A stretch of DNA of 63,888 nucleotides, filler included, from Octopus bimaculoides (lineage: Eukaryota), in the NCBI RefSeq assembly GCF_001194135.2. It is 4 parts of 4 records of this genome, joined end to end, with 100 filler letters (N's around TTAATTAATTAA, not from the genome) between each part and the next. Parts side by side here need not be neighbours in the genome. Positions count along the whole stretch, not along the records: positions 1 to 22,682 come from NC_068997.1; 3 more parts are not named here. One strand, given 5' to 3'. The notes below the pieces were generated by a model. That model was not told the DNA's origin. It was given only the letters and a program-made list of their open reading frames with translations, and did no database searches. The number at the start of each line of letters is the position of its first letter. Position 1 is the first letter of the stretch. Made by a program: the position numbers and the translations under genes. This document shows positions 1-14,543 of the stretch, in pieces.

Positions 1-190
1 ATAGTTGTATTTGGAACATATATCTCTAGAGACATATCTCTCCATCTCTCCTCTTTCTCTCCCGCTTTTCTCTCTCTCTCCCTCTTTCTTGTTTTTTGTT
101 AAAAAGCAATAAATGCACAAAGAAAAGAACGAACGCATAAGTTCCTTCGACTCCTCAGTTATCGGCCAGGTCAAACGCAATTTCGCGACT

Positions 191-552
191 GGGCTGTGTG
201 GTAAGAAGCTTGCTTCCCAGCCACATGCTTCTGGGTTCAGTCCCACTGCGTGGAACCTTGGGCAAGTGTCTTCTCTTACAGCCTCGGCCGACCAGAGCCT
301 TGTGAGTGGATTTGGCAGACGGAAACTGAAAAGAAGCCTGTCGTGCACATACATGTGTCTTTGTGTCAGTGTCTGTTCCACCACTACTTTTGACAATCAG
401 TGTTGGTGCGTTTAAATTCCCGTAACCTAGCAATTCGGCACAAGAGACCGACAGAATAAGCACCAGGCTTAACAAAAAAGAATAAAACCCGGGGGACGAT
501 TTGTTCGACTAAAGATTCCTCACAACTGCAGTCTAATGACGGAAAGAAGTAA
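191..552 (+). mobile_element. tRNA-derived CORE-type SINE (family A)
   Basis: TGTGTGGTAAG A box, GGGTTCAGTCCC B box, MIR-core-like CCTTGGGCAAGTGTC and a CAGTC-AA-TGACTG tail. Confidence 0.85.
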
Positions 553-557
553 AAGAT

Positions 558-607
<50 letters not shown>

Positions 608-617
608 TGTATGTATG

Positions 618-670
<53 letters not shown>

Positions 671-882
671 TAAACCTATTATAATGGGTAATACTAAGTG
701 TACTTTTTCTTTTTCTTTTTCTTTTGTCATGTAATCTTTGGACTAGCAATGTTTGCATCTGAAGATAGCTTTAAACCATCTTTTATATCAACAATATGCC
801 TATACTGATGTAATGACAGATTGTTTATAAAGCTTGAAACACGTGTACCGCGATATCCTTTGTGTTCTGTTTTCAATTTATG

Positions 883-922
<40 letters not shown>

Positions 923-1265
923 ATATCAATTAGAAAATGGAAGATAATATGCTGAACCCAAGGACTTGCAGACAGTGTATCCCGTTGAATTTATTAATTT
1001 AATAAAGTACAGGTGTTTATGACAAACCATGTTATTTTGACAACCGGGTTTACAGATAAAAGTACAAAGTACATAAGGAATTAGAGAATGAACAAAAGTT
1101 TAATCTTACAGCTGTTTCGGCCTAGTTTGGCATGCCCCATTCTCTCCGAATAGTTCCTGCCGNNNNNNNNNNNNNNNNNNNNNNNNNNNNNNNNNNNNNN
1201 NNNNNNNNNNNNNNNNNNNNNNNNNNNNNNNNNNNNNNNNNNNNNNNNNNNNNNNNNNNNNNNNN

Positions 1266-1622
1266 ATTACTTGTTTCAGTAATTTGACTGCGGCCATGCC
1301 AGAGCACTGCCTTGAAGGGTTTTTAGTCGAAGAAATCGACCCCAAGACTTATTCTTTGTAACCCTAGTTCTCAGTCTATCGGTGTTTAAACACACCAACA
1401 TTGGTTGTGAAGCGATGGTAGAAGGACAAACTGAGACACAAAAGCATCACACATAAATATTTATACATATTGATATATATATACGACGGGTTTCTTTCAG
1501 TTTCCGTCTACTAAATCCATTCATAAGGCTTTGTTCGGCCTGATGCTATAGTAGAAGACACTTGCCCAAGATACCATGCTGTGGGACTGAATCCAGAACC
1601 ATGTGGTTAGGAAGCAAGCTGG
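1266..1622 (-). mobile_element. Family-A SINE
   Basis: Reverse complement of the 191-552 element. Further copies lie near 4180-4660, 4815-5040, 15090-15230, 22860-23145, 27500-27790, 28335-28500, 30530-30965, 33884-34140, 34365-34630, 35430-35590 and 36963-37120. Confidence 0.85.
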
Positions 1623-2695
1623 ATCTTTTCTATTTGGCAACCAATTTTCAATCTCTTCAAATTCTGTTCGAATTGTAATGATTTAGTTTTATATGCTATT
1701 CACTGCAATGAGGTAGCTTTATATGCTAATCAATGCAATAAAATTCATTTTCGCTATAAATCAATAAATAAAATGTTAATAGGCGCAGGAGTAGCTGTGT
1801 ATAGGCGTAGGAGTGGCTGTGTGGTAAGTAGCTTGCTTACCAACCACATGGTTGCGGGTTCATTCCCACTGCGTGGCACCTTGAAAGAGAAAGAGGAAGA
1901 GAGAGACAGAGAGAGAGAGAGCGGTGTGTGTGTGTGTATATGCGTGTATATATATATAATATACACACTTGCTTATACGTAAACAGCTGTCACCATCACT
2001 ATTGAGGGATCTTCTATGTGGAAGCTTGATCTAGAACTATCAGCTAAATCTTTTTCAAATTATACATTATCTTTAAAAGCGATAAAAAAAGACACACACA
2101 CACACACACACTCACACTGGCTGCTGCTGTCAAAGGTATACTATCCGTGGATGGATTGACTTTGATAATAAATCTGTTCGATTAGGGATGGGATACTTTT
2201 GTTGGTAGTGGTGTTGTTAGCGACGGTGCTGCTGCTGCTGCTGTTTGCACCCCACCTGCAGTCTTTCACCCCGATTTTCTACGGGCCTAAACAACACCAA
2301 CACCACGAACAACAACAGTACTCAACCAGTAACTTGTATTACGGTGACCACCGCTATCATCACCACCACAAGTGCCACCATCACCAGCATAACCACCACA
2401 ACCACCACCATCACCACCTCTGTAATTGTAGTACTACACACACCCATCAAAGGAACAACAAAAGAAAAGACCAAAAAAGAATAGTCATAAATGCCCTTCT
2501 TTGAAAGATTGCGTTAAGTCTGAGGGGGAGATGAAGGAGAAGTGGGAGAAGGAGGAGGAGAAGGAGAAGGAAGAGTGTGTGTATTAGAGAGAAAGAGCGA
2601 GGGAAAAGACTGATGTATAATAGAGAAGTAGGAGTAAGAGTATGAGGAGGAGGTGAGTAGAACACAAGTTCGACAAAGATATTGAGTAAGAGAGG

Positions 2696-2756
<61 letters not shown>

Positions 2757-3378
2757 ATAGAGCAGCTGAAATATGGAATCGTTGATAGTGAAGTAGGAGA
2801 TAAAGAGAGCTGAGTATAACACCATAAATTCGTTATCTTTATATACCTTGATTATATATATGTGTATGTATATATATATATATANNNNNNNNNNNNNNNN
2901 NNNNNNNNNNNNNNNNNNNNNNNNNNNNNNNNNNNNNNNNNNNNNNNNNNNNNNNNNNNNNNNNNNNNNNNNNNNNNNNNNNNNNNNNNNNNNNNNNNNN
3001 NNNNNNNNNNNNNNNNNNNNNNNNNNNNNNNNNNNNNNNNNNNNNNNNNNNNNNNNNNNNNNNNNNNNNNNNNNNNNNNNNNNNNNNNNNNNNNNNNNNN
3101 NNNNNNNNNNNNNNNNNNNNNNNNNNNNNNNNNNNNNNNNNNNNNNNNNNNNNNNNNNNNNNNNNNNNNNNNNNNNNNNNNNNNNNNNNNNNNNNNNNNN
3201 NNNNNNNNNNNNNNNNNNNNNNNNNNNNNNNNNNNNNNNNNNNNNNNNNNNNNNNNNNNNNNNNNNNNNNNNNNNNNNNNNNNNNNNNNNNNNNNNNNNN
3301 NNNNNNNNNNNNNNNNNNNNNNNNNNNNNNNNNNNNNNNNNNNNNNNNNNNNNNNNNNNNNNNNNNNNNNNNNNNNNN

Positions 3379-3409
<31 letters not shown>

Positions 3410-3551
3410 GATAACATGTATATATACGCATACACATGAATACATACATGTGAGTATATACACAACCATTCATATATATGCATAAATGTGCATATGCAAG
3501 TATGTATATATGCATACATGTATGCATACATACTAACAGGCTCGCACACGT

Positions 3552-3591
<40 letters not shown>

Positions 3592-4112
3592 ACACCCACA
3601 TACACACACATCGTATGGAAAATAAAAACCTCCATAAACATAGCACAGTGCTCTAGATAATTTATACAATATAAAACTGAATTGGAATATAAAATATTTT
3701 ATAGAGCGTAATATTTGAGTATAGGAAATATAAACAAAGTCTGTAGCCCGGAAAACAGGATTTGAAATCTCTTATCCCCGGTTATCATCAGCAAGCGAGG
3801 GATCGATATTTCAATAAACCTCAGCTTCTCTGGAAAAGTCAATGTTGAAAATGATTCAAAGAACAGAGGTTTTGAATATTCCACGTTCAATATTTAACTT
3901 TTAGCAACTGGGCGAAATCGCAAAATTCGAATTCAACTCACACATGGCATACTTAATGCATACAATATATATTATATATTATATATATTTATGATATATT
4001 TATATTAGAGTGCTACACTATCATTAATTGTTATATTGCACTATCAATGAATAGGAGTCAATATTTTGTATAAATACGTATGTAAGGAAGCTTTTATTCC
4101 TTGATACATGCG

Positions 4113-4152
<40 letters not shown>

Positions 4153-4404
4153 GTGTGTTTGTATATGTATAGTTACATGCTATGTGGTAGGCAGTTTGCC
4201 GCCCAACGACATAAACATAATTTCAGATTCAGTCTCAATGCGTGGTACCTTGGGTAAGTTTCTTCTAACCATAACACCGAGATGACCAATGCATTTGAAC
4301 TGAGTTGGTTGAAGGAAACTGATGAAGTCCGTCGCATATGTGTGTGTGTGTGTGTGTGTGAAGGGGTACACTCACACATACACACACACGCATACACACA
4401 CACG

Positions 4405-4436
<32 letters not shown>

Positions 4437-5876
4437 TGAGTGCATTTATATGCATGGGCTCGTGTTTGTGTTTGTCCCAAATCACTCGCTGGAGAATGGT
4501 TATTGTTTTGTTTACGTCCCCGTAACTTAGCGGCTGGGCGAAGGAAACCGATAGAATAAGTACCAGGCTGAAATCAGTTTTGACCGATTTATTCGACTAA
4601 ACCCTTGAAGGCGATGCCTCAGCATGACTGCAAGGAAAAAATAAAACAAGGACGAAGATGAAAGATATACACAAACACGTGTGATATTTGTATGTTTGTA
4701 CGTGCATGTACATACGCATCAGCAAAAGAAAAAGTACTCAATACTGATGACAGAGTTCACGTTTCTTATTATGTAATGCTAATATCGTAGACAATGTCAT
4801 CATACCTTATCAGACCCACTGCGTCGCACCTTGGGCAAGTGTCTTCTTCTAGAGCCGAGAGCCGACCGAAGCGTTGTGAACGGATTTGGTGGACGAAAAC
4901 TGAAAGAACTTAGCGGTTTGGCAAAGGGCCCGATAGAATAGGTACTAGGCTTACAAAGAATAAGTCCTGGGGCCGATTTGTTCGATTAAAAAGGTGGTGC
5001 TCCAACATGGCCGCAGTCAAATGACTGAAACAGGTAAAAAACTATCTCAGCGGAATGCATGTTCATTCGTCTGATTCGATACGTTGGTACAAAACCTAAA
5101 TGACCGTTTACCTGTATGCTGGCTGATTACCCATCAATATCCTGAACAATATAGATCCAATACATGCCTCTTACCTACCTGTCTTTTCTCTGACCAGAAT
5201 GTAGCCTTATTCCATGCACAACTTTTGATTTGCTTGTGTGCATTGTTATTTCCCATCAATATGGTCCACTGCATAACAATTCTTACCCTCTTCTCACCAT
5301 GCTACACTACTTAACCATTTCTTCCGATCATGGATTTACGTAAAGAAGACCCGATCTAACTGTATTTACTTGGACCCTCCTACTCTCCTGGACATATTGA
5401 ACCACAACATGTATCACTGATGAGGAACTTTCTTCCACTGTCTAACCCATATTTCTCCGATGACGGTATCCCCAGCTTATAGAGTCTTCGCTCGATACGA
5501 TGCTCCAATAGTTGGGATATCCCAGGTACAGCTGTCAGAGACTATCTTCACCAGTTTTTATTAATTTTACCATTCGTTACGTAGCTAAATTTTAGATGGA
5601 ATGTGGTGTGGGGTGGTGTGGGGTGTTACTGTTCCATTTATATTGTCTACTATTATATGTGTAGCTTCTGTAATCTGTCTAAGTATTGTGTCGGTACTAT
5701 GTGTTGATAGTACTTTAACCTCTACGCTGTTTATTACGCTATAATAAAGATATAAATAGATAATTAAACGAATATATAAATATATCTGCCACATACCTGC
5801 GATAAATGTAAGACAGAGATAGATAATATAAATAAATAAGACTTGATAAAGGGCATGGATACAAACGAAGCGAACA

Positions 5877-5926
<50 letters not shown>

Positions 5927-6412
5927 CACACAGATGAAACCTCATGGACGGCCATATGATGTCAACAACACAACTAACACGGTCAGCAGCAGCGGCGGTG
6001 CCGACGATGGCAATAACAACAACTACCATGATGGCAACAACGTGAACAAACTCATATACACAAAGGAATAAAGGAGCTGTGCCTTTCGTCTTTTTTCCTT
6101 GGGTCTTAGGACAGCAACAGCACAATGGTATGGGAGGTTGAGGCTGAGGGGAAGGCCACAATGCTGCTAAAAATGATCACACACACACACACAAACATAC
6201 ACACACACGCACTCACATGCACACGCACACACACAAACACACAAATGCATGCGCACATAAGGATACACATCTTAGGAGAACAGAATGGAGTAAGTGGAGC
6301 AAGAACACACACGGAAGCGAAAAATGTGGCTGAAGAGGTCACAGATGTGTGACGAAAGATTTCCGGGCAACGGACGGGCGTTCAAATAATGAAAAAAAAA
6401 AATGTAATAAAC

Positions 6413-6446
<34 letters not shown>

Positions 6447-6675
6447 NNNNNNNNNNNNNNNNNNNNNNNNNNNNNNNNNNNNNNNNNNNNNNNNNNNNNN
6501 NNNNNNNNNNNNNNNNNNNNNNNNNNNNNNNNNNNNNNNNNNNNNNNNNNNNNNNNNNNNNNNNNNNNNNNNNNNNNNNNNNNNNNNNNNNNNNNNNNNN
6601 NNNNNNNNNNNNNNNNNNNNNNNNNNNNNNNNNNNNNNNNNNNNNNNNNNNNNNNNNNNNNNNNNNNNNNNNNNN

Positions 6676-6715
<40 letters not shown>

Positions 6716-7202
6716 TATATACATACACACATACATTTCGTGTGGGCGTCTTTAACTATCTGCATTTATTATTTGTATATCTGCCTGTCTGTATTTACAT
6801 TTTCATGCACAAATATTTCTGTCTAAAGATCTGTGTCTATTTATCAATAACTATGAACCCATAGATTGAAATTGTTTTCTTTCATATATATATGTTTGTG
6901 TGTGTGTGTTATAAACTCATGCGCTCACGTATACATATATTCTAAAATAAGTGGGATGTAGAGGGCGCATGTGCAATGTAAATGATTGGTGAGGTGTGAT
7001 TGGTGCACAAACAAATACACAAAAATTCTGATTGAAAATCGCTATTCTTTCCAATCATAACCGCCAACAATATTGACGATTTCTTTTGATTTGGTGCCAG
7101 GTCAATAGTAGAAAAGATTATCGTAAAATTACTTTTATTCTCTACTCACTGATTAAAAACGTAGAGAAGACTTGACAAAATGTGTAGTCCTTTCCATAAA
7201 TG

Positions 7203-7269
<67 letters not shown>

Positions 7270-8046
7270 CACATACACATGTCCACAACAATACCATAAG
7301 GTTTATATTGAAGAGGCGGTTAATATACTTCAGAATATGGTTGAGTTAAATACCTCAGCGGAACAGTACAAAACTCAGTAACGTCATTATACATTATATA
7401 TGTTATATNNNNNNNNNNNNNNNNNNNNNNNNNNNNNNNNNNNNNNNNNNNNNNNNNNNNNNNNNNNNNNNNNNNNNNNNNNNNNNNNNNNNNNNNNNNN
7501 NNNNNNNNNNNNNNNNNNNNNNNNNNNNNNNNNNNNNNNNNNNNNNNNNNNNNNNNNNNNNNNNNNNNNNNNNNNNNNNNNNNNNNNNNNNNNNNNNNNN
7601 NNNNNNNNNNNNNNNNNNNNNNNNNNNNNNNNNNNNNNNNNNNNNNNNNNNNNNNNNNNNNNNNNNNNNNNNNNNNNNNNNNNNNNNNNNNNNNNNNNNN
7701 NNNNNNNNNNNNNNNNNNNNNNNNNNNNNNNNNNNNNNNNNNNNNNNNNNNNNNNNNNNNNNNNNNNNNNNNNNNNNNNNNNNNNNNNNNNNNNNNNNNN
7801 NNNNNNNNNNNNNNNNNNNNNNNNNNNNNNNNNNNNNNNNNNNNNNNNNNNNNNNNNNNNNNNNNNNNNNNNNNNNNNNNNNNNNNNNNNNNNNNNNNNN
7901 NNNNNNNNNNNNNNNNNNNNNNNNNNNNNNNNNNNNNNNNNNNNNNNNNNNNNNNNNNNNNNNNNNNNNNNNNNNNNNNNNNNNNNNNNNNNNNNNNNNN
8001 NNNNNNNNNNNNNNNNNNNNNNNNNNNNNNNNNNNNNNNNNNNNNN

Positions 8047-8113
<67 letters not shown>

Positions 8114-8301
8114 ATAAACTTCAGACCAATTTAAATGTATTAAAACACCAGAGTCAGCTAAGAGCACCGCCTATTAACCCGATGACTAATGTCCGCATTT
8201 GGAACCCGTTTGTTCTCCTTATTACCAGACACCAAGCAGGCAGCCCGGAACTGAATAGGAAGCGAATCTACTTTTATCGTAAATCAATAATAATTATGGA
8301 C

Positions 8302-8695
8302 CAGCGGTTTTCAACCGGGATCCATGTGACCCATGGGGATCCATATAGGGATTTTGGGGTCCGCGCAAGCAAAATAGTAATTTGGGGATCCACAGCAATA
8401 TTTTTAGGATCCTTGAAAAAAACTTTGCTTTAGATGTATTTATTGCCAGAAACAGCTAGGTTTCTTTCTTTAATGTTTTATATCGTTTAACATTGTTTCC
8501 AGCCACAGAAACATGTTCTCTCATAGAGTTCTATGAGCTAATGTGTGAAGAGCAAAATAGGGCCTTTTAAAAGAAGCATATGTAAAACTAGTACTTAAAC
8601 ATTGAATATCTATGGGAGAGAGAGAGAGAGAGAGTCCACAAGATTAAAATAGTAATCAGAGGAGGCCATGTGTAAAAAATAGTTGTGAACCACTA
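8302..8695. mobile_element. hAT-type MITE
   Basis: Termini CAGCGGTTTTCAACC and AGTTGTGAACCACTA, with degenerate 8-bp flanks TTATGGAC/ATATAGAC. Confidence 0.6.
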
Positions 8696-10307
8696 ATATA
8701 GACTAGTAGCGCACATCGGCCACCGAACCAGAGCGCGAAGTAGTGACGGAAAGTATACAACTTAGAACCAATATTTGGACTTGTAAAATCTTTTCACTGC
8801 AGTTTGTCGTAGAGGAAAATTTTTGTTTTAACTCCTTTTTTGTCTTAAGCGAAAACAAATACTACATGACATGTTGCCCGATCCTCTAACAGTTCCAGTA
8901 ATCTAGTGTCGTGCACTGATACATTTTTATCGACCCCGAAAGGGTGAAAGGCAAAGTGGACTTAGGTGGAGTTTGAACTCAGAACGTAATGACTGACGAA
9001 ATCCCGCTAAGCATTTTACCCGGCATGCTAACAACTTTCCAGTTTGCCGCCTTCGAGTCAGAACAAATATTGTGAGACTCCAACGATTCGCCCGAATCGT
9101 CGCCTTGGGTTCTAACATCATCTACAGCAACATCAACATTTGCAACACCATCGATAACAACAACAGCAACAGCAACTATAACAGCGATGTCCACAACAAC
9201 AACGGCAACAAACATCTATTGCCCAACACCACCACCACCACCAACATCAACAACAACAATGATAGTAATAACAAGAGTAACAACAATGAAGTCGATATTA
9301 GTTTCAAATTTTGGCACAAGGCCAGCAATATCGGGGAAGGGGATAAGTTGGTTACATCGATGCCCGCTCCCAACTGCTACTTATTTTATTGACCCAGAAA
9401 GAATGAAAGTCAAAGTCAACCTCGGCGGAGTTTGAACTTAGAACATGAAGACAGACGAAATACCGCTCAGCATTTTGCCCAGCGTGCTAACGATTCTGCC
9501 AGCCCACCGCCTTAGACAATAAAGTCAATAGTAATAGTAAGATAAGGTGTCAAGCGGGCAGAATCATTAACACACTGACTAAAATGCTTAGCGGTATTTC
9601 GTCCGTCTTTACGTTCTGAGTTCAATCTCCGCTGAGGTCGACTTTGCCTTTCACTTTTTTCGGGGTCGCTAAAATAAGTTAAGCATTGGGGTCGATTACA
9701 TTGACTTGTCCCCCCCCCCACTCTCCGAAAATTTCAGGCCTAGTATCTATAAGAGAAAGGAATATTAACAGTAACAATACAACAGCGACAACTGTAAGAA
9801 TAGTAATAACAAGTAGAAAGATGGCCAAAATATTTGAATAGCTGAGGGTGGTATTCTACTCAACTCCTCGGGTCGTCAGAGAATATGAGATGATTGACTG
9901 TTAAACAAATATCTTTAAATAGACATGGCACTTTCGGTCAAGGACACATTATTCACAATGTATCGTACTGTGTGCATACATGTGTGTGTACTGTGTATTA
10001 GTGTGTGCTTGCGTGTGCCCTATTGTGTCTAAGTGTATTTATGTTATACTGTAAAACTGTAGTGTATCTAAGTATGCATGACTGTCTTTGAAAGTATGTG
10101 CGCTCTCTTAATCTTTTTTCATACAATTACGCACCTATACGTATAGGTGTGCGTGTGTTTGTATGTAATGTACATACATACATACACACAAACACACACA
10201 AACACACACGTACACGTGGTCTGATAAATAAGTATCAGGACTGTTGCCATAGTAATGAGGCTAAAGCACGCAGAGTAAAGCCGCTCGGCTCAGATTGACC
10301 TTCAACT

Positions 10308-11050
10308 CTGCTGTGCATGCGCACTAAGTTTTAACGTTCTAGCTCACTTCCACAGTTTACAGCAGTGCTTGGAAGGAACGTGTGTAGCATGTGATCCTCG
10401 CAATGACCATGACAGAGAAAGTTGATCAAAGAATCTGCTTCAAAGTTTACCAAAAGCTTGGCGATACCTGCTCAGGGGCCTACGCAATGTTTCAAAAACA
10501 TTTCATTGTTCTCGATACAATCACGGAGATCTTCAGCAACTGAAACCCGAGTGTCTTTTTGGTCAGCAGAAAGCAGTTTTGAAACAAACTTGGCAGACAT
10601 GCGTCTCATACCCAAATCTTCAGTGATAACGGACTGAACTGAACCGTAATTAATCTGCACATCCTCTCATAACTCACGGATAGTGATTCGACGATTTCCC
10701 CACACAGCTGCACTCACATCTGCGATACTTTTCTCAGTTTTGCTGGTTGCAGGTCTCCTAGAACGTTCATCAATATCGACATTTTTTCGGCCATCTGGTA
10801 ATGTCTGAAGTACTCGTACACTTGTGTACGGCACATACACTTCTCTCCATACACTTTCTGCAACTTTGCGTAGGCCTCTGAGCAGGTATCGCCATGACAG
10901 CTTTTTCTGTCATGGTCAATGCAACGATCACATATTACACACCTTCCTTCCAAGCACTGCTGTAAATAGCGGAAGTGAGCTAGAACGTTAAAACTTAGTG
11001 TGCATGCACAGCAGTGTTCACGGTGAACACTGCTTTGCATGCACACTAAG
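10308..11050 (-). mobile_element. Mariner transposase 5' fragment rearranged into a foldback
   Basis: Minus strand gives DTCSEAYAKLQKVYGEKCMCRTQVYEYF and EDLGMRRMSAKFVSKLLSADQKDTRVSVAEDL...EMFLKH (mariner HTH and linker). An inverted second 5' end occupies 10308-10487. Confidence 0.85.
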
Positions 11051-11185
11051 AATGTAGAATATAGGTACAGAATCGACAGTTATAGAGGATTGTCTGAAAG
11101 CGTTTGCTGATAAATGCTCTAATGATAATAGTAGCATAAAACATTATAAAAGTTTATAATCAGCTCAATTTCTCCGCTGAGCTAA

Positions 11186-11625
11186 GGCAGCGAGCTGGCA
11201 GAAACGTTAACAAGCCGGGCGAAATGCTTCGCGGTATTTCGTCTGCTGTTACGTTCCGAGTTCAAATTCTGTCGAGGTCGACTTTGCTTTTCATCCTTTC
11301 GGGGTCGATAAATTAAGTACCAGTTATGCACTGGAGTCGATATAATCGACTTAATCCCTTTGTCTGTCCCTGTTCGTCCCCTCTATGTTTAGCCCCTTGT
11401 GGGCAATTAAGAAATAAGAAACGTTAACAAGCCGGGCGAAATGCTTAGCAGTTTTTCGTCTGTCTTTACACTGTGAGTTCAAATTCCGCCGAGTTAGACC
11501 TTGCCTTTCATCCTTCGGGGTCGATAAATTAAGTACCAGTTGCGTACTGGGGTAGATCTAATTAACTAGCCCCCCACCCCCCAAAAATTTCGGGCTTTGT
11601 GCCTGGAGTAGAAAAGAAAAGAATT
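11186..11625 (+). mobile_element. Two tandem family-B SINEs with different 3' tails
   Basis: Same head and centre. The first ends ...AGCCCCTTGTGGGCAAT and the second ...TTTCGGGCTTTGTGCCTGGAGTAGAAAAG. Other family-B copies lie at ~8925-9060, 9300-9510, 9548-9770, 29370-29712, 42370-42585 and 49600-49740. Confidence 0.85.
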
Positions 11626-11927
11626 TCTCCACTGAGCTATACAAAGAGCAGGGCCGGCCCTAGGGTTGCTGGCGCCCCGGGCAAGCTGAATTTCGACGTT
11701 TACAAGCTTACAGTCGTGGAAATTTCCTCGTCTTTGTCACGCCCTCCTTGGCGCCCCGTAGTACATGGCGCGCCGGGTGACAGCCCAGGTTGCCGGTTCC
11801 AAAGAGATGACGTGTCATAAACATCAATTTTTATTCGCATCATCAAGTAAATGCTGATCATGATGAACTATAAGACAGAAGATAGCAAACCTCCGAATAA
11901 ATATCATTCTATCACTACCCCTTAGAC

Positions 11928-12234
11928 CAGGGCTGACCAACCTGAGGCCCGCAGACTTTTATCTTGCGGCCCACTTGATATTTTCTTGCAGTATTGTGTT
12001 TAATTTCAAAATAAAATTGTTTGTGTAAAACATTTGTTTCAAAATTTAAAATTTGTAAGTGGCGATAAAGCAATAGCCTACAATTTTATAATTTTAAACA
12101 AACGAAAATCATGAAAAATTCTTGATTCTGTAATTTGATTATTTAACTATTAGTGCATTAATTATTCAAGCGATCCTCAAAAACCTTTCTAAGATTAAAA
12201 TGGCCCGCATTATAATTCGAGTTTACCAGGCCTA
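11928..12234. mobile_element. hAT-type MITE
   Basis: CAGGGCTGACCAAC start, with 8-bp TSD CCTTAGAC/TCTTAGAC. Confidence 0.6.
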
Positions 12235-12554
12235 TCTTAGACAATAGTCAAGATCTTTGGAAGTACATATCTTGCTACAATACAACGATTCATATTTATT
12301 CCTAACGTATACAATAAGTATACATACTGTGTTGAACTACATATAGAAATTGTTATTTTTATGCATAAAAGTGATCGTGTTCAGCTTTTCCTTTGTTTTT
12401 TGTTTTTTTTTATTTGTTTTTTTTGGGAAAATATCCGTCGGAACGTATTATCATTTTATAACATGAAAATCAATGGGGAAAATAATTTCGTGTTACGAGA
12501 TTTCACGTTATGACATGTTTATCAGGGACATATTGCTTCCGTAACACGTATACA

Positions 12555-12585
<31 letters not shown>

Positions 12586-13609
12586 GTATGCACGTATATA
12601 TATATATATATGTATGTATGGTATGTATGTATGAATGTATGTATAAATGTATGTATGTGTTTGCTTGTACGTGTATGTATGTATGTATAACATGTGTGTT
12701 TGGAGTACAATATGCATGTAAACTATATAAAATATATGATGCAAATATCATAATGAATTGAAAAAATAGCACATCAAAAAGTACAATTAAATAAATTACA
12801 TGCAAATACATATATACATATGTATTTATGGCATTTTGTCACTGAAACAGTTTTTGTTTCAGGCTGTTCATGATTCTCCCATCAAACCATTGTGCAAAAT
12901 TTCAAAAGTAGAACAGAGTACAACAAACAATAACAACAACACCAAGAACAACACAAAAACATCTCAACAAAATAATAACAAAAACAAGGTCAGAATATCA
13001 ATGAACTGTAATTGTATTTTAACAAAAGAACGAATGAAAAACAGTACTTCCCTCCCTTCATTTCACTTCTCTACTTCTCTATATCCTCGCTGCTGCTGTC
13101 CGCCTTTCTTTCTTGTTTTCTATGTTTTTTTTTAATTTTTATTTTAAATTCTTTCCATCTATCCTGCTTTGACACTTTATATTTCATTTTTCATTCTTTC
13201 TTTCCTTTCACATTTCTTTCTCTCCCTATCTTTCATTTTTATCTTTTCCTCTCTGCCTCGTTTCCTTTGTTTATTTTTCATGTAGTTCTGTGTTTGTTTC
13301 TTGCTATCTTTATATTTTAATATTTTCTTTTTGAAGTTTACACCATAATTCTTTCTTTCCCACACTCATTCTCTGTCCCTCTTTCCACCCCCATATAACA
13401 CATACATACATATGCGCATGCATACAAACATGCATACATGCAGGTGTACATACTAACGTACATACATAGATGCATACATATGTACAGGGAAAAATAGAAA
13501 CAGACAGCCAGACATACATACATAGATGCATACATATCCACATGCATACATATGTATATACATACATATATGATTACACACTCATACATACATGCATACA
13601 TGCGTACAT

Positions 13610-13656
<47 letters not shown>

Positions 13657-14098
13657 CAGACAGATATGCAAGCATACAAACATACATACATACATACACA
13701 CACATACATATATACATACATGCATGCAAGCATGCAAGCATACATACATACACACACACATTATATCTATATACATACACACACATACATATGCATATGT
13801 ATGTATATCATCCACTCTGTACCTCGACTCTCATATTCTTCTCCTTCCTCTAACTTCCATTAACATTACCCCCGCCCCTACCCCATATATCCTGCCACTT
13901 CACTTCCGACTACTCGTCCTGCACCACCCTTATATGTGTGTGTGTGTGCATGTACACGCATTAGTGCCTCTGTATATATATATATATACTCGTATAGACA
14001 TAGTTATGTATATGTATATATGCAGACAAATTCATACCTATAGATATGTGTACGTCAAAAATACTTATCTGCGTATGTACACACACATACACGCACAG

Positions 14099-14169
<71 letters not shown>

Positions 14170-14179
14170 NNNNNNNNNN

Positions 14180-14222
<43 letters not shown>

Positions 14223-14425
14223 TGAATTACTATAAATGTTATGTAAAGCAAGTATATCGAAGTATATAGATATTGTGCTATATATATGTTCGGCCTGTGC
14301 TGCTTAAATTTAATTAGACAACGTAACATTACAGGAGTTTATATTTCTCTCAACTACACTTTCATTAAGCTCTCTGGTACAATTCTGCAAAAGAAAATAC
14401 GTACTAGTGGTATTTTGTGAATACG

Positions 14426-14463
<38 letters not shown>

Positions 14464-14509
14464 CATGTACATGTATATGTGTGTATATATATATGTGTGT
14501 GTGTGTATG

Positions 14510-14543
<34 letters not shown>

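Noticed and set aside
191-270. tRNA genes at A/B-box motifs
   Set aside because: They continue into SINE bodies and lack a full cloverleaf.
795-850. Hammerhead-like CTGATGT...GAAACACGTGTA
   Set aside because: The core is mutated and no convincing stem I or II is present.
1100-1162. Minus-strand GGCCGAAACAGCTGTAAG half-hammerhead
   Set aside because: The CUGANGA half would fall in the N gap and cannot be verified.
3699-3940. Unique CpG-containing ORF as a further DNAI2 exon
   Set aside because: No similarity to DNAI2 WD40 repeats and no consistent splice pair.
5045-5580. Higher-complexity stretch that looks like decayed coding sequence on the minus strand
   Set aside because: All frames contain stops and I could not confidently name any motif. 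It needs tblastx against a repeat library.
2514-8167. Long ORFs rich in HT/CV/YI or X (also at 13-14 kb, 44-45 kb and 61-62 kb)
   Set aside because: They are translations of CA/TA microsatellites and N gaps.
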